A stretch of 64,000 nucleotides of DNA from an uncultured Solobacterium sp. (GTDB taxonomy: Bacteria; Bacillota_I; Bacilli_A; Erysipelotrichales; Erysipelotrichaceae). Shown one piece after another: positions 9,201 to 17,501 of the stretch. Numbering within the stretch: position 1 is the first letter of the stretch; each line of letters opens with the position of its first letter. The stretch spans positions 5,964 to 69,963 of the forward strand of contig CALHWI010000119.1 of assembly GCA_938036765.1 (NCBI GenBank), written 5' to 3'. The position numbers and the translations under genes are program-made. Under the pieces are notes generated by a model. It was given only the letters and a program-made list of their open reading frames with translations. It had not been told where the DNA came from and ran no database searches.

Positions 9201-10322
9201 ATGATGGAATCACAAGGACCAGATAGTGATAAATCGGAAAATCAAAAATTGTATGGATTCATAAAATATGCATATTTTAAGAGATTTGGTAATTATCCAA
9301 ATGATAATGATTCATTAATTTCTCAAATAAGAGCTACAGTACCTTTATATTCTATAAAAGCAGAGAAAAACTATAAAGGTGCATTCTTTGATGCGACTAT
9401 TTATCCGCAAATGGATAAGAAGAAAAACATACCTAGAGAAAAAGGTGTATTAGGTCTTTTAGGTGTAAACAATGATAAACGTATCTATAGCTCAATAAAT
9501 TGTGTTGCAGTAGATTTCTATAAATATACAGATAAGAAGGGAAAGAAGGTCCATGTTGGAATTCATATTCCAAAAGTCATCGTAAATAACAATGGTGAAA
9601 TCAATAAAGAGCAATATGTTAAGTTAATTAGAGATTACTATAAAGTACCTGAATTATTAGATGAAAATGGGAATGTGAAGGAATGTTATTTCCGTATGCG
9701 TGTATTTAAAAATGATTTGATTTATGATACAAATAACTACACAATTCAAAAGTTTAATATAGGTTCTATAGTGAATAAAAAATTAGAAATGAAGCATTTG
9801 TATGTATTTAGTTATGATGAAATCTATAAACAAGTTAATTTCTATAAGAAAGAGTTAGCTGCGCAATTTGATTTTAAAATGGCAAAAATCAATCCGGAAG
9901 GAAAGAAAAAATTCTCGGATTACAAAATTACTGAAATCATTAGTTATTGTGTAGATAACTTAATGGATATTCATGATTTGAATCGTTATAAGGGAACAAT
10001 TGAGAAACTATTAAAAGAAAAGACAGGCTATCAGGAATTTTTAGAAACCATGGCTTATTTAGATTTGATTGTGAATCGAAATTGTACTCCACCTACCATT
10101 GTAGGACAATACATGCCTGTCGCAAGCACAATTGATGATAAATCGGATGTTGAAAATAAAATACAATACATCAAAATCAAATCAAGCATTCTAGGTATTC
10201 GTTATATTTATAATGAAAATGGTAAGTTATTAATATCAGGTCCTAGAAAGGCGCCTGGAAAGTATTCTAAGATTAAAAAGGAAAAGTTCTCTTGGAAAAT
10301 TTGTAGCGACGTGCTACAATGA
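6270..10322 (+). CDS. cas9: Cas9, type II-A CRISPR endonuclease (about 1350 aa)
   Basis: N-terminal RuvC-I MDNKYVLGLDIGITSIGWSII. HNH motif DMDHILPRGFGDNSMDNLMLI. RuvC-III DQHHAHDA. Followed by cas1-cas2-csn2 and the array. Start taken as ATG 6270 (SD spacing 7) rather than 6255. Confidence 0.95.
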   Translation: MDNKYVLGLDIGITSIGWSIIDEVRGKLLDMGVHMFEQAIPAQEVRLNRSARRTLRRRNWRKKQLKNAFVEFGLISKEELNQRDYLSYTANSDTFSRPEEDTVYHLRLKALKEQISLRELLLCLYNICGTRGHFLMENINFTSSEPITFDFFVEQFYEFTHEYVNFEEDTKEFEQTILKPIFEKGKVKSNELKSLLKDEYTVESEDNDALLEILKLICGFKCDLKKISESVVLVQEDKTKESVKLDELLKMDSLNEFLNNAVELHDVIAVSQILKDHNYICEVAVEKLNEVLNVQKLEHSDPDKYKEEKNNIQKKMSKAVGERLRVVKNMENKYPNGLYVKEASEILHKQQEFYPNLITDNFIEACISTIKARIPYYIGPLSSQAKNSWIDRKDGTFKYGYDYCKDALVNEEESIQNWKLNMISHCTYLPEEYALPKGSFIAETFSLLNELNILTAIDKNENRYYLTREDKLKVFDELFLKRTDYVSHKEIAELLNLKSFGPKDSRKEGKFKNRYTLYQNIISVFPQFELHSILDLFNEYEKEKVDKIEDIILNLNLFDEEQSKINYFTKKLNLDEKDAKKLARCKSNGFYAFSKRFIMETKMNVDGETLLEEMLRDNSENQKNEQMTLITEATDLDGNRINFESNKYMTLLKNTNELSIDLLIQDGKPFIPIARPVIRALNECFKLYEEVIRTYGVPDRVVIETARDLKDSSQDGDVPAKHFDQMKKLYDYLNNQMKEQKKKAKLSKQYMEDWDVIEPYLEKNKRKVELYIRQNGRDMVTGDTIDIQHLEDYEMDHILPRGFGDNSMDNLMLIKKEINGKKADRLPLEYIESETVENENGKRILSSDFKRRCYELNEMKLISDKKLKRLLLASTDEAMGFINRNLVDTRYIIRELMAILRAYNTVNNYDTHIVSLRSSFTTVYRNAFNMKKNRDTGDQHHAHDASIVAIADMVLSTYFPNYDERGNNKYYQEFLKRMMESQGPDSDKSENQKLYGFIKYAYFKRFGNYPNDNDSLISQIRATVPLYSIKAEKNYKGAFFDATIYPQMDKKKNIPREKGVLGLLGVNNDKRIYSSINCVAVDFYKYTDKKGKKVHVGIHIPKVIVNNNGEINKEQYVKLIRDYYKVPELLDENGNVKECYFRMRVFKNDLIYDTNNYTIQKFNIGSIVNKKLEMKHLYVFSYDEIYKQVNFYKKELAAQFDFKMAKINPEGKKKFSDYKITEIISYCVDNLMDIHDLNRYKGTIEKLLKEKTGYQEFLETMAYLDLIVNRNCTPPTIVGQYMPVASTIDDKSDVENKIQYIKIKSSILGIRYIYNENGKLLISGPRKAPGKYSKIKKEKFSWKICSDVLQ
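10292..10320 (+). promoter_or_regulatory. tracrRNA promoter inside the cas9 3' end (TTGGAA-17-TACAAT)
   Basis: TTGGAA 10292-10297 and TACAAT 10315-10320, 17-bp spacing. The -10 overlaps the cas9 stop codon. Confidence 0.5.
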
Positions 10323-10325
10323 GTG

Positions 10326-10416
10326 TGTCAAATAATACAAATGAATTTAGTCTGGAAGAATAAGATTTAAATTCGAAAACTATTAGAGATAGCTAATTGT
10401 GGCTATCTCATTTTTT
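10326..10416 (+). ncRNA. tracrRNA: tracrRNA (anti-repeat plus terminator hairpin)
   Basis: 10328-10360 TCAAATAATACAAATGAATTTAGTCTGGAAGAA is an imperfect reverse complement of the CRISPR repeat, about 26 of 33 nt with the typical internal bulge. It ends with GAGATAGC..GCTATCTC hairpin and T6 (10386-10416). Same orientation as the cas operon, between cas9 and cas1. Confidence 0.8.
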
Positions 10417-10433
10417 ATTATAGTTTTATTAAT

Positions 10434-11336
10434 ATGGGCTGGAAAACAGTAGTAATTGGAACTGAGTGTACAGTGTCATTAACATTAAATCGAATGAAAA
10501 TTACAATAGGAAATGAATATCAGAATATACCATTATGCGATTTGGATACAGTGATTTTTTCACACAATCGAATTACTATGACAATTCCAATGTTGTCAAA
10601 ATTGGTAGAGAATAATATTAATGTAATAATTTGTGATTCAAAGAATGATCCAATTGGTATTTTTCAACCATTCAACAATCATTCTTTGGTATTTAAGCAA
10701 TTGAATAAACAGATTAATTGGAAAATAACTCGGAAAAAGAAATTATGGAAATTTATAATAGAACAAAAAATACAATCTGAAATAGATGTTTTGGATTTGA
10801 TTTATGAGGATTGTGATGAATTAGAAACTTTAATTGGCTATAAGAATTCAGTTTATAATGATGATCAAACAAATCGTGAAGCAGTGAGTGCAAAGTGTTA
10901 TTTTGGAAAGATGTTTGGGACAAAGTTTTATAGAGATGATAAGAAGGATGTTAGAAATTTTGCACTAAATTATGGATATAAGATTTTAGCTAGTTATATT
11001 TCAAAATGTATAACAGCTAGAGGATTATTAACTCAACTAGGAATTCATCATATTGGTGAATCGAATGCGTTTAATTTAACATACGATTTTATAGAACCAT
11101 TAAGAGTGATAGTAGATGTATGGGTTGAAGAAAATATTAAAGATAGTTTCAATGTGGCTCAAAAACAAGAGTTGATTGGTCTATTAGAAACGAAGGTTTA
11201 TATAGATAAGAAATGGATGCGTCTAAAAGATGCAATTGAAGATTTAATTGATTCTTATATTGGTTTCTTGAATGAAAAAACAGATGATATTTTGAAAATT
11301 GATTTTTCAAAAGGAATTCGTTATGGAGGGGAGTAG
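10434..11336 (+). CDS. cas1: Cas1 integrase (type II)
   Basis: MGWKTVVIGTECTVSL... N-terminus characteristic of type II Cas1. 300 aa. Correct position in the operon. Confidence 0.9.
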   Translation: MGWKTVVIGTECTVSLTLNRMKITIGNEYQNIPLCDLDTVIFSHNRITMTIPMLSKLVENNINVIICDSKNDPIGIFQPFNNHSLVFKQLNKQINWKITRKKKLWKFIIEQKIQSEIDVLDLIYEDCDELETLIGYKNSVYNDDQTNREAVSAKCYFGKMFGTKFYRDDKKDVRNFALNYGYKILASYISKCITARGLLTQLGIHHIGESNAFNLTYDFIEPLRVIVDVWVEENIKDSFNVAQKQELIGLLETKVYIDKKWMRLKDAIEDLIDSYIGFLNEKTDDILKIDFSKGIRYGGE

Positions 11337-11679
11337 TAGATTTGTGAGATTAGTATTATTCTTTGATTTACCTCAAGAAACGAAAACAGATCAAAGACAT
11401 TACAGACAATTTGTAAAATATTTAAAAACTGAAGGATTTATACGAATCCAATATTCAGTTTATGCAAAATTATGTATAAATAATGACTCAGCTAAAACGA
11501 TTCAAAAAAGACTTAAAAACAATGTTCCTGATAATGGGGATATACGATATTTAATAATAACTGAGAGGCAATATCAAAACATTGTGAATATGAATAGTAA
11601 TTATACTTTACAAGAAAACATTACAACAACAGATCGTACTTTAATTATAGGAGGACTAAATAGTGAAAATAATACATGA
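11323..11679 (+). CDS. cas2: Cas2
   Basis: RFVRLVLFFDLP...IQYSVYAK Cas2 pattern. Likely start ATG 11323 overlapping the cas1 stop (longer ORF from 11299). Confidence 0.85.
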   Translation: MEGSSRFVRLVLFFDLPQETKTDQRHYRQFVKYLKTEGFIRIQYSVYAKLCINNDSAKTIQKRLKNNVPDNGDIRYLIITERQYQNIVNMNSNYTLQENITTTDRTLIIGGLNSENNT

Positions 11680-12538
11680 GAAATCTGTCTACTTGATTCC
11701 GGAAGATAATAATATAGTAGTACTAGCAGGTGCTAAACAAAAAGATATAATAGATTGTTTTATAAATCAATTCGTTAAAAAGAAAAGAAATTATTGTAAA
11801 GTATTAGATTCTGAAAATCAGTCAATTAAACCAACTGAGCTTAATTTTATTTATTACCCATATGGTAGTGATATTAATTCTAATTTTGAATTTGGAACAA
11901 AATCTATATTCAATATTGAAACAACTAATCTTATTCAAGAAAATGAAAATGATTTTAAATCACTTGAATTTATTAGAGAAGGACTCAGAAACTTAACAAC
12001 TGATCATGGCATGTATAAACTGAGAGAGATATTAACACGAAATATAGAATGTAATATTAATTTTGAAATGTCGAACTTTGATGTTTCTAAGTTTTTATCG
12101 ATGTTAGACATAAGCCTAGATGATGTTTCAAATGGTGAACGATATGTTATGGTTTATAATCTTTTGTTGTTCATTAATAGAAATCAATTTAACGTTATAT
12201 ACATTGATTTTCCAATTACACAAACTGTATTAAAATGGTTAAAATCATTTGATCAAGATAATATTTTGTTTCTTTTAAATAATGATTATATAGTTTGTGA
12301 TTCTATTAAAGAACTAGAAAAATTATCGATGCTGATTGTTTCTGATAAAGATTATATTGAAAAATATGAATATGATTTAAACCAATTTAATAACATTTCC
12401 TATATACAAAACCCTTATACTATGCTTCATAAGCAACAACAAACAGAAAAAAACATTCGATTAATGGAACAATTTGAAGATAAAAATACAACTTTTTATC
12501 TAACTTTTAATGATACTTATACTCAAGATATACTGTAA
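11663..12538 (+). CDS. csn2: Csn2 (type II-A signature gene), 291 aa, GTG start
   Basis: Position between cas2 and the array defines subtype II-A. AGGAGG SD 9 nt upstream of the GTG. Weak direct sequence recognition. Confidence 0.7.
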   Translation: MKIIHEKSVYLIPEDNNIVVLAGAKQKDIIDCFINQFVKKKRNYCKVLDSENQSIKPTELNFIYYPYGSDINSNFEFGTKSIFNIETTNLIQENENDFKSLEFIREGLRNLTTDHGMYKLREILTRNIECNINFEMSNFDVSKFLSMLDISLDDVSNGERYVMVYNLLLFINRNQFNVIYIDFPITQTVLKWLKSFDQDNILFLLNNDYIVCDSIKELEKLSMLIVSDKDYIEKYEYDLNQFNNISYIQNPYTMLHKQQQTEKNIRLMEQFEDKNTTFYLTFNDTYTQDIL

Positions 12539-12571
12539 ATAAAGCATAAATATGCTATAATAAGGCTGACA
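12539..12571 (+). promoter_or_regulatory. CRISPR leader (33 bp) with extended -10 TGCTATAAT promoter
   Basis: TGnTATAAT at 12553-12561. Predicted pre-crRNA TSS a few nt before repeat 1. Confidence 0.5.
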
Positions 12572-14511
12572 GTTCTTGAGGACTAAGTTTATTTGTATTA
12601 TTTGAACTGTTAAATGCAGGAAAGTATTCAAAACGTAGTTCTTGAGGACTAAGTTTATTTGTATTATTTGAACCTATCCCACATGTCCTGACAGAGAATA
12701 AGCAGTTCTTGAGGACTAAGTTTATTTGTATTATTTGAACACCCACTTCAAAGTGTCATATGTTTTATTGTTCTTGAGGACTAAGTTTATTTGTATTATT
12801 TGAACTCTTTTACGCTGTGTAACTCGTCCATAATAGTTCTTGAGGACTAAGTTTATTTGTATTATTTGAACTTGGAATTGCAAGAGCATTTAACATGCCT
12901 AGTTCTTGAGGACTAAGTTTATTTGTATTATTTGAACCCAAAAGACTTATAATAAATCATATCAAATGTTCTTGAGGACTAAGTTTATTTGTATTATTTG
13001 AACCTGATTTCCATATGCTTGTTCACGGGCATGTTCTTGAGGACTAAGTTTATTTGTATTATTTGAACTTGATATTGGACTGTTTCATATCCGAAAATGT
13101 TCTTGAGGACTAAGTTTATTTGTATTATTTGAACACATGACACGTATTCCACTGGCACGAACGCGTTCTTGAGGACTAAGTTTATTTGTATTATTTGAAC
13201 TTCCATACAGCATTAGCACTAGGAGTAGCTAGTTCTTGAGGACTAAGTTTATTTGTATTATTTGAACCTGTGATAAAAAATAAACAAGGAGGATATAGTT
13301 CTTGAGGACTAAGTTTATTTGTATTATTTGAACCTGCACAGGTAAATTATTCTGTGCAAAATAGTTCTTGAGGACTAAGTTTATTTGTATTATTTGAACC
13401 GAATCGAATGCATAATCAGATTGTCCGTCGTTCTTGAGGACTAAGTTTATTTGTATTATTTGAACTATTAAGTAATCGTACATGCTTCGGATACGTTCTT
13501 GAGGACTAAGTTTATTTGTATTATTTGAACAGGCAGATCAAGAACAGCAGCCGAACTGGGTTCTTGAGGACTAAGTTTATTTGTATTATTTGAACCTATG
13601 GACCAAAAGGGCCTTGAACAGGCCTGTTCTTGAGGACTAAGTTTATTTGTATTATTTGAACAACAACAGGCAGACAGTTTGAAGTCGAGGAGTTCTTGAG
13701 GACTAAGTTTATTTGTATTATTTGAACAAAAGAAAGACACAAAAAAAGAAAAGTTGTGTTCTTGAGGACTAAGTTTATTTGTATTATTTGAACAAAAAAG
13801 AAAAACATAGGCTAAATGTACATGTTCTTGAGGACTAAGTTTATTTGTATTATTTGAACAGAAAAAAAGAAAGATCTACAAATTACGAGTTCTTGAGGAC
13901 TAAGTTTATTTGTATTATTTGAACTTGGAAGAAAAAAGAGACGAGTTAGAAGAGTTCTTGAGGACTAAGTTTATTTGTATTATTTGAACTGTAATATATT
14001 TATGTACAAATCAACACGGTTCTTGAGGACTAAGTTTATTTGTATTATTTGAACAAATTACAGAATATCAGTAGAAAGTTGTGAGTTCTTGAGGACTAAG
14101 TTTATTTGTATTATTTGAACAAATGATAAAAAAGGCGAAGAAGCATACTGTTCTTGAGGACTAAGGTTATTTGTATTATTTGAACTTTTGAGCGTTTCGC
14201 ACGTCTTAAAATATGTTCTTGAGGACTAAGTTTATTTGTATTATTTGAACTGTAATATATTTATGTACAAATCAACACGGTTCTTGAGGACTAAGTTTAT
14301 TTGTATTATTTGAACAAATTACAGAATATCAGTAGAAAGTTGTGAGTTCTTGAGGACTAAGTTTATTTGTATTATTTGAACAAATGATAAAAAAGGCGAA
14401 GAAGCATACTGTTCTTGAGGACTAAGGTTATTTGTATTATTTGAACAATTATCAACAATGTGCCAGTCATCACATGTTCTTGAGGACTAAGTTTATTTGT
14501 ATTATTTGAAT
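12572..14511 (+). CRISPR. CRISPR array: 30 repeats of 36 bp (GTTCTTGAGGACTAAGTTTATTTGTATTATTTGAAC) and 29 spacers of 29-31 bp
   Basis: Period about 66 bp. Repeat starts at 12572, 12638, 12705 ... 14476. Terminal repeat degenerate (ends GAAT). Repeats at 14150 and 14411 carry a T-to-G variant (CTAAGGTTAT). Transcribed on the + strand according to the tracr anti-repeat. Confidence 0.97.
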
Positions 14512-15553
14512 TTATTTGTCTTGTGTTACATTGACTACCACATACTCACATATACCCTCTGTTCTTATTGGAAAACCCCAACCAACAAGGCCTGAGCTAA
14601 TGATTTTTGTGTAATGTTTGAATGTTTCTTTGCCATAGTTACCCGCAAAATCGGGTTGTAGATGGTAAGAATAAGAGAGTGGAAACATTTGTCCGTTATG
14701 AGTATGACCGCTGAGTTGAAGGTCGACATTGTTTTTTAATGTTTTCTTTTGTTTCTTGTGGTTGATGGTCTAGGACGATGTTGTAGGTTTTATTTGTAAG
14801 ATTGTAATCTTTTGTTTTCTTTCGATTTTTGTTTGTGTAATCCTTTCTACCAATAAGAATGATGTTATCTAATTGTACTTCTTGATCATTTAGAATGGTA
14901 ATGTTGTTTTTATTAATTTCTTGATTGAGTTTGGCTCTTGTGAATTTTATCTTGTTTTCATGATTACCATATACATAATAAACAGGGGCTACTTTAGTTA
15001 GTCGTCCAAGTTGTTTAAATAGTACATTCATATCTTCTTCTGATGTGGATTCATCGACAAAGTCTCCTCCTAATAGATAAAAGTCGGGTTTAACTTTCAT
15101 TAATGTATTTGTGATTTCTTTTAATCTTTGAGGATTATTCGCATTTGGATAATGAACATCCGAAATGAAACAGATCTTAGTTGGATTTATGCTTTTTTCT
15201 GTTTTTAGATTATATGTGGTTTGATGGATCGTGTACATATTGACATATCCGAATGTTACGATGGATGTGGATATTATAGCTGATACTATTATGCAGAATA
15301 TTGGTCTTCTTTTTTTGAATAATGCTAGTAATACAAGTAAACAGAATAATGTATGTATTGCCCACATAGCTTGATACATACGCATATTCCAACAGTTTAA
15401 TACTAATGCGATACAGATAGCGTATCGTATTTTTTTGTTTAATTTATCTTTTAATAGATTGTTTAGTATTATGCATAAAATGATTTCTAGAATGAAGATT
15501 CCTATTTGAAGATAGATCATACTATCGCTTCCTTTTTCTTTATTGTATATCAT
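14512..15553 (-). pseudogene. Membrane-anchored metallophosphoesterase (calcineurin-like) with a frameshift at a T6/A6 homopolymer
   Basis: ORF 14696..15553 encodes an N-terminal TM region plus GDFVD and GNHE motifs. The C-terminal segment with SGHTHNGQ lies in another reading frame, offset by one nucleotide, downstream of 14732-14737 and runs to a TAA at 14512-14514, abutting the last CRISPR repeat. A sequencing error cannot be excluded. Confidence 0.6.
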
Positions 15554-15631
15554 GAATAAAGTATATATAATATTTTTTGAGGTTATAAAATTTTAGGGTA
15601 ATTTAAAAATAGGGAAAGGGTATTAGATATA

Positions 15632-16108
15632 ATGAAAAAGGCGATATTAATAGCACTTAAGATATGCTTGGTTATTTTCTTTGGTTTTTTCTTATGCAAT
15701 GAATTAAGTGGACCAAGTATGAGTGATACGGATTTTAGTGTGGTTGAAGAAAATGTAATAAAAACCATGGGTACGTATGAATTAGAAAAACAGGGTGGGC
15801 AGGCAATAAAAAAATATTTGTCTATTAACTCAGCTGATTATGAGAATATTCAATACTATAAATCATCTGATCCGATGAATGTTCGTGAAATTGTGATTGT
15901 GAAATTTAAAGATCCTAATCAAGGAGAAGCGTTTAAAGAGGCTATGCAACAGCGTATTGATACACAAATCAATGCATTTAATGGGTATGGTGTAGAACAG
16001 GTTGCTTTATTAAAAAAGGCTGTTATTTCTTTAGATATGAATTATGCAATCTATGTAACTTGTGAAACGGCAAATGATGTTGTTTCTATATATAAAGAAC
16101 AGTTGTAG
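15632..16108 (+). CDS. Small secreted/lipoprotein-like protein (DUF4358-like), first gene of the acylation cluster
   Basis: Signal-peptide-like N-terminus. 158 aa. Co-oriented immediately upstream of the MBOAT gene. Confidence 0.5.
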   Translation: MKKAILIALKICLVIFFGFFLCNELSGPSMSDTDFSVVEENVIKTMGTYELEKQGGQAIKKYLSINSADYENIQYYKSSDPMNVREIVIVKFKDPNQGEAFKEAMQQRIDTQINAFNGYGVEQVALLKKAVISLDMNYAIYVTCETANDVVSIYKEQL

Positions 16109-16116
16109 GAGGAATT

Positions 16117-17490
16117 ATGGTATTTAATAGTTTAATCTTTATATTTATGTTTTTACCTATAGTATATTTGGCATATACTTTTATTCCTACATGGACATGT
16201 AAGTGTAGTATATTAGTTATTTGTTCTTTATTATTTTATTCATGGGGACAACCTGCATCTTTAGTTTTAATGCTTGTGACTATTTTATGGGATTATTTTA
16301 CTGGTTTAGAGTTATCTCTTTATGAAGGTAAAAAGCGAAAAGTTATTTTCTGGATTGGCGTATTGTTTCATGTGTTGATTTTGATGGTTTATAAATATTT
16401 CAATTTCATTTTTGGCTTTACTTCCATTCATGTTCAGTTGGCATTGCCAGTTGGATTATCATTTTTTACGTTCAGTGCCATTTCTTATTTGGCAGATGTC
16501 TATCTAGGAAAAAGTAATGCACAAAATAATATTTTGTCATTGGCTTTATACTTATCATTCTTTGGCAAAGTCAGCATGGGACCCATTGTTCAATATCATG
16601 ATATGGAAGCATTTTTGGCTAAACAACATAAAATTACTGTTGTACAATTTGGAGAAGCTTTTCAAAGAATTATTAAAGGCCTAGCGAAAAAAGTGATTGT
16701 CGCTGATCAATTATCTTCGATGTATTCTACATTGTCTACAAATACAACTTGTTTAGGTACTTGGTTATGTGCCATTGCGTATATGCTTCAAATTTATTTT
16801 GATTTTAGTGGATACTCAGATATGGCAATTGGAATCAGTCGATTATTTGGTTTTGAATTTGATGAAAACTTTGATCATCCATATATCGCAAATAGTGTGC
16901 AGAATTTTTGGCGCAGATGGCATATTTCTTTATCAAGATGGTTCAGAGATTATATATACATTCCTCTAGGAGGAAATCGTGTTTCAGATTCATTGTATAT
17001 TAGAAATATATTTGTGGTTTGGTTTCTAACTGGCATTTGGCATGGTGCAAGCATGAATTTTATTGTATGGGGATTGTACTATGGCGTGTTATTGTTGATA
17101 GAAAGATTTGTATGGAAAGATAAGCTTTCTCAACTACCTAAATTTATACAGCATATATATACATTATTTCTTGTGTTGATTGGATGGGTATTCTTCTATA
17201 GTTCAAGCTTAAAAGATGCGGGTTCAACAATTTTAGCTTTGTTTGGCATTGGTACAAATGGTATTTGGGATAATCAAGTACTGTTCTCTTTGAGACAAAA
17301 TTTAATTTTGATTGTGATTGCCATCATTTTTAGTATGCCAATATTTGACGTGATTGAAAAACGTATTGTATATATTTGGAAACAAAAAGCTGTGGTATTT
17401 AATGTTTGTTTCTGGTGTGTACTTTTCTTGATTAGTTTGGCATTTATTGTTGGAAATACATTTCAGTCGTTCTTGTATTTCGCGTTTTAG
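16117..17490 (+). CDS. MBOAT-family membrane O-acyltransferase (AlgI/DltB-like)
   Basis: Polytopic membrane protein. WRRWHISLSRWFRDYIYIPLGG MBOAT signature with conserved His. Confidence 0.85.
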   Translation: MVFNSLIFIFMFLPIVYLAYTFIPTWTCKCSILVICSLLFYSWGQPASLVLMLVTILWDYFTGLELSLYEGKKRKVIFWIGVLFHVLILMVYKYFNFIFGFTSIHVQLALPVGLSFFTFSAISYLADVYLGKSNAQNNILSLALYLSFFGKVSMGPIVQYHDMEAFLAKQHKITVVQFGEAFQRIIKGLAKKVIVADQLSSMYSTLSTNTTCLGTWLCAIAYMLQIYFDFSGYSDMAIGISRLFGFEFDENFDHPYIANSVQNFWRRWHISLSRWFRDYIYIPLGGNRVSDSLYIRNIFVVWFLTGIWHGASMNFIVWGLYYGVLLLIERFVWKDKLSQLPKFIQHIYTLFLVLIGWVFFYSSSLKDAGSTILALFGIGTNGIWDNQVLFSLRQNLILIVIAIIFSMPIFDVIEKRIVYIWKQKAVVFNVCFWCVLFLISLAFIVGNTFQSFLYFAF

Positions 17491-17501
17491 AGGGTGGATG
17501 T

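Noticed and set aside
12555-13808. Five minus-strand ORFs (63-90 aa) lying inside the CRISPR array, at 12555..12746, 12994..13206, 13229..13483, 13468..13740 and 13596..13808
   Set aside because: Their translations are the repeat read in frame (VQIIQINLVLKN or NNTNKLSPQEL reiterated). They are artifacts of periodic sequence, not genes.
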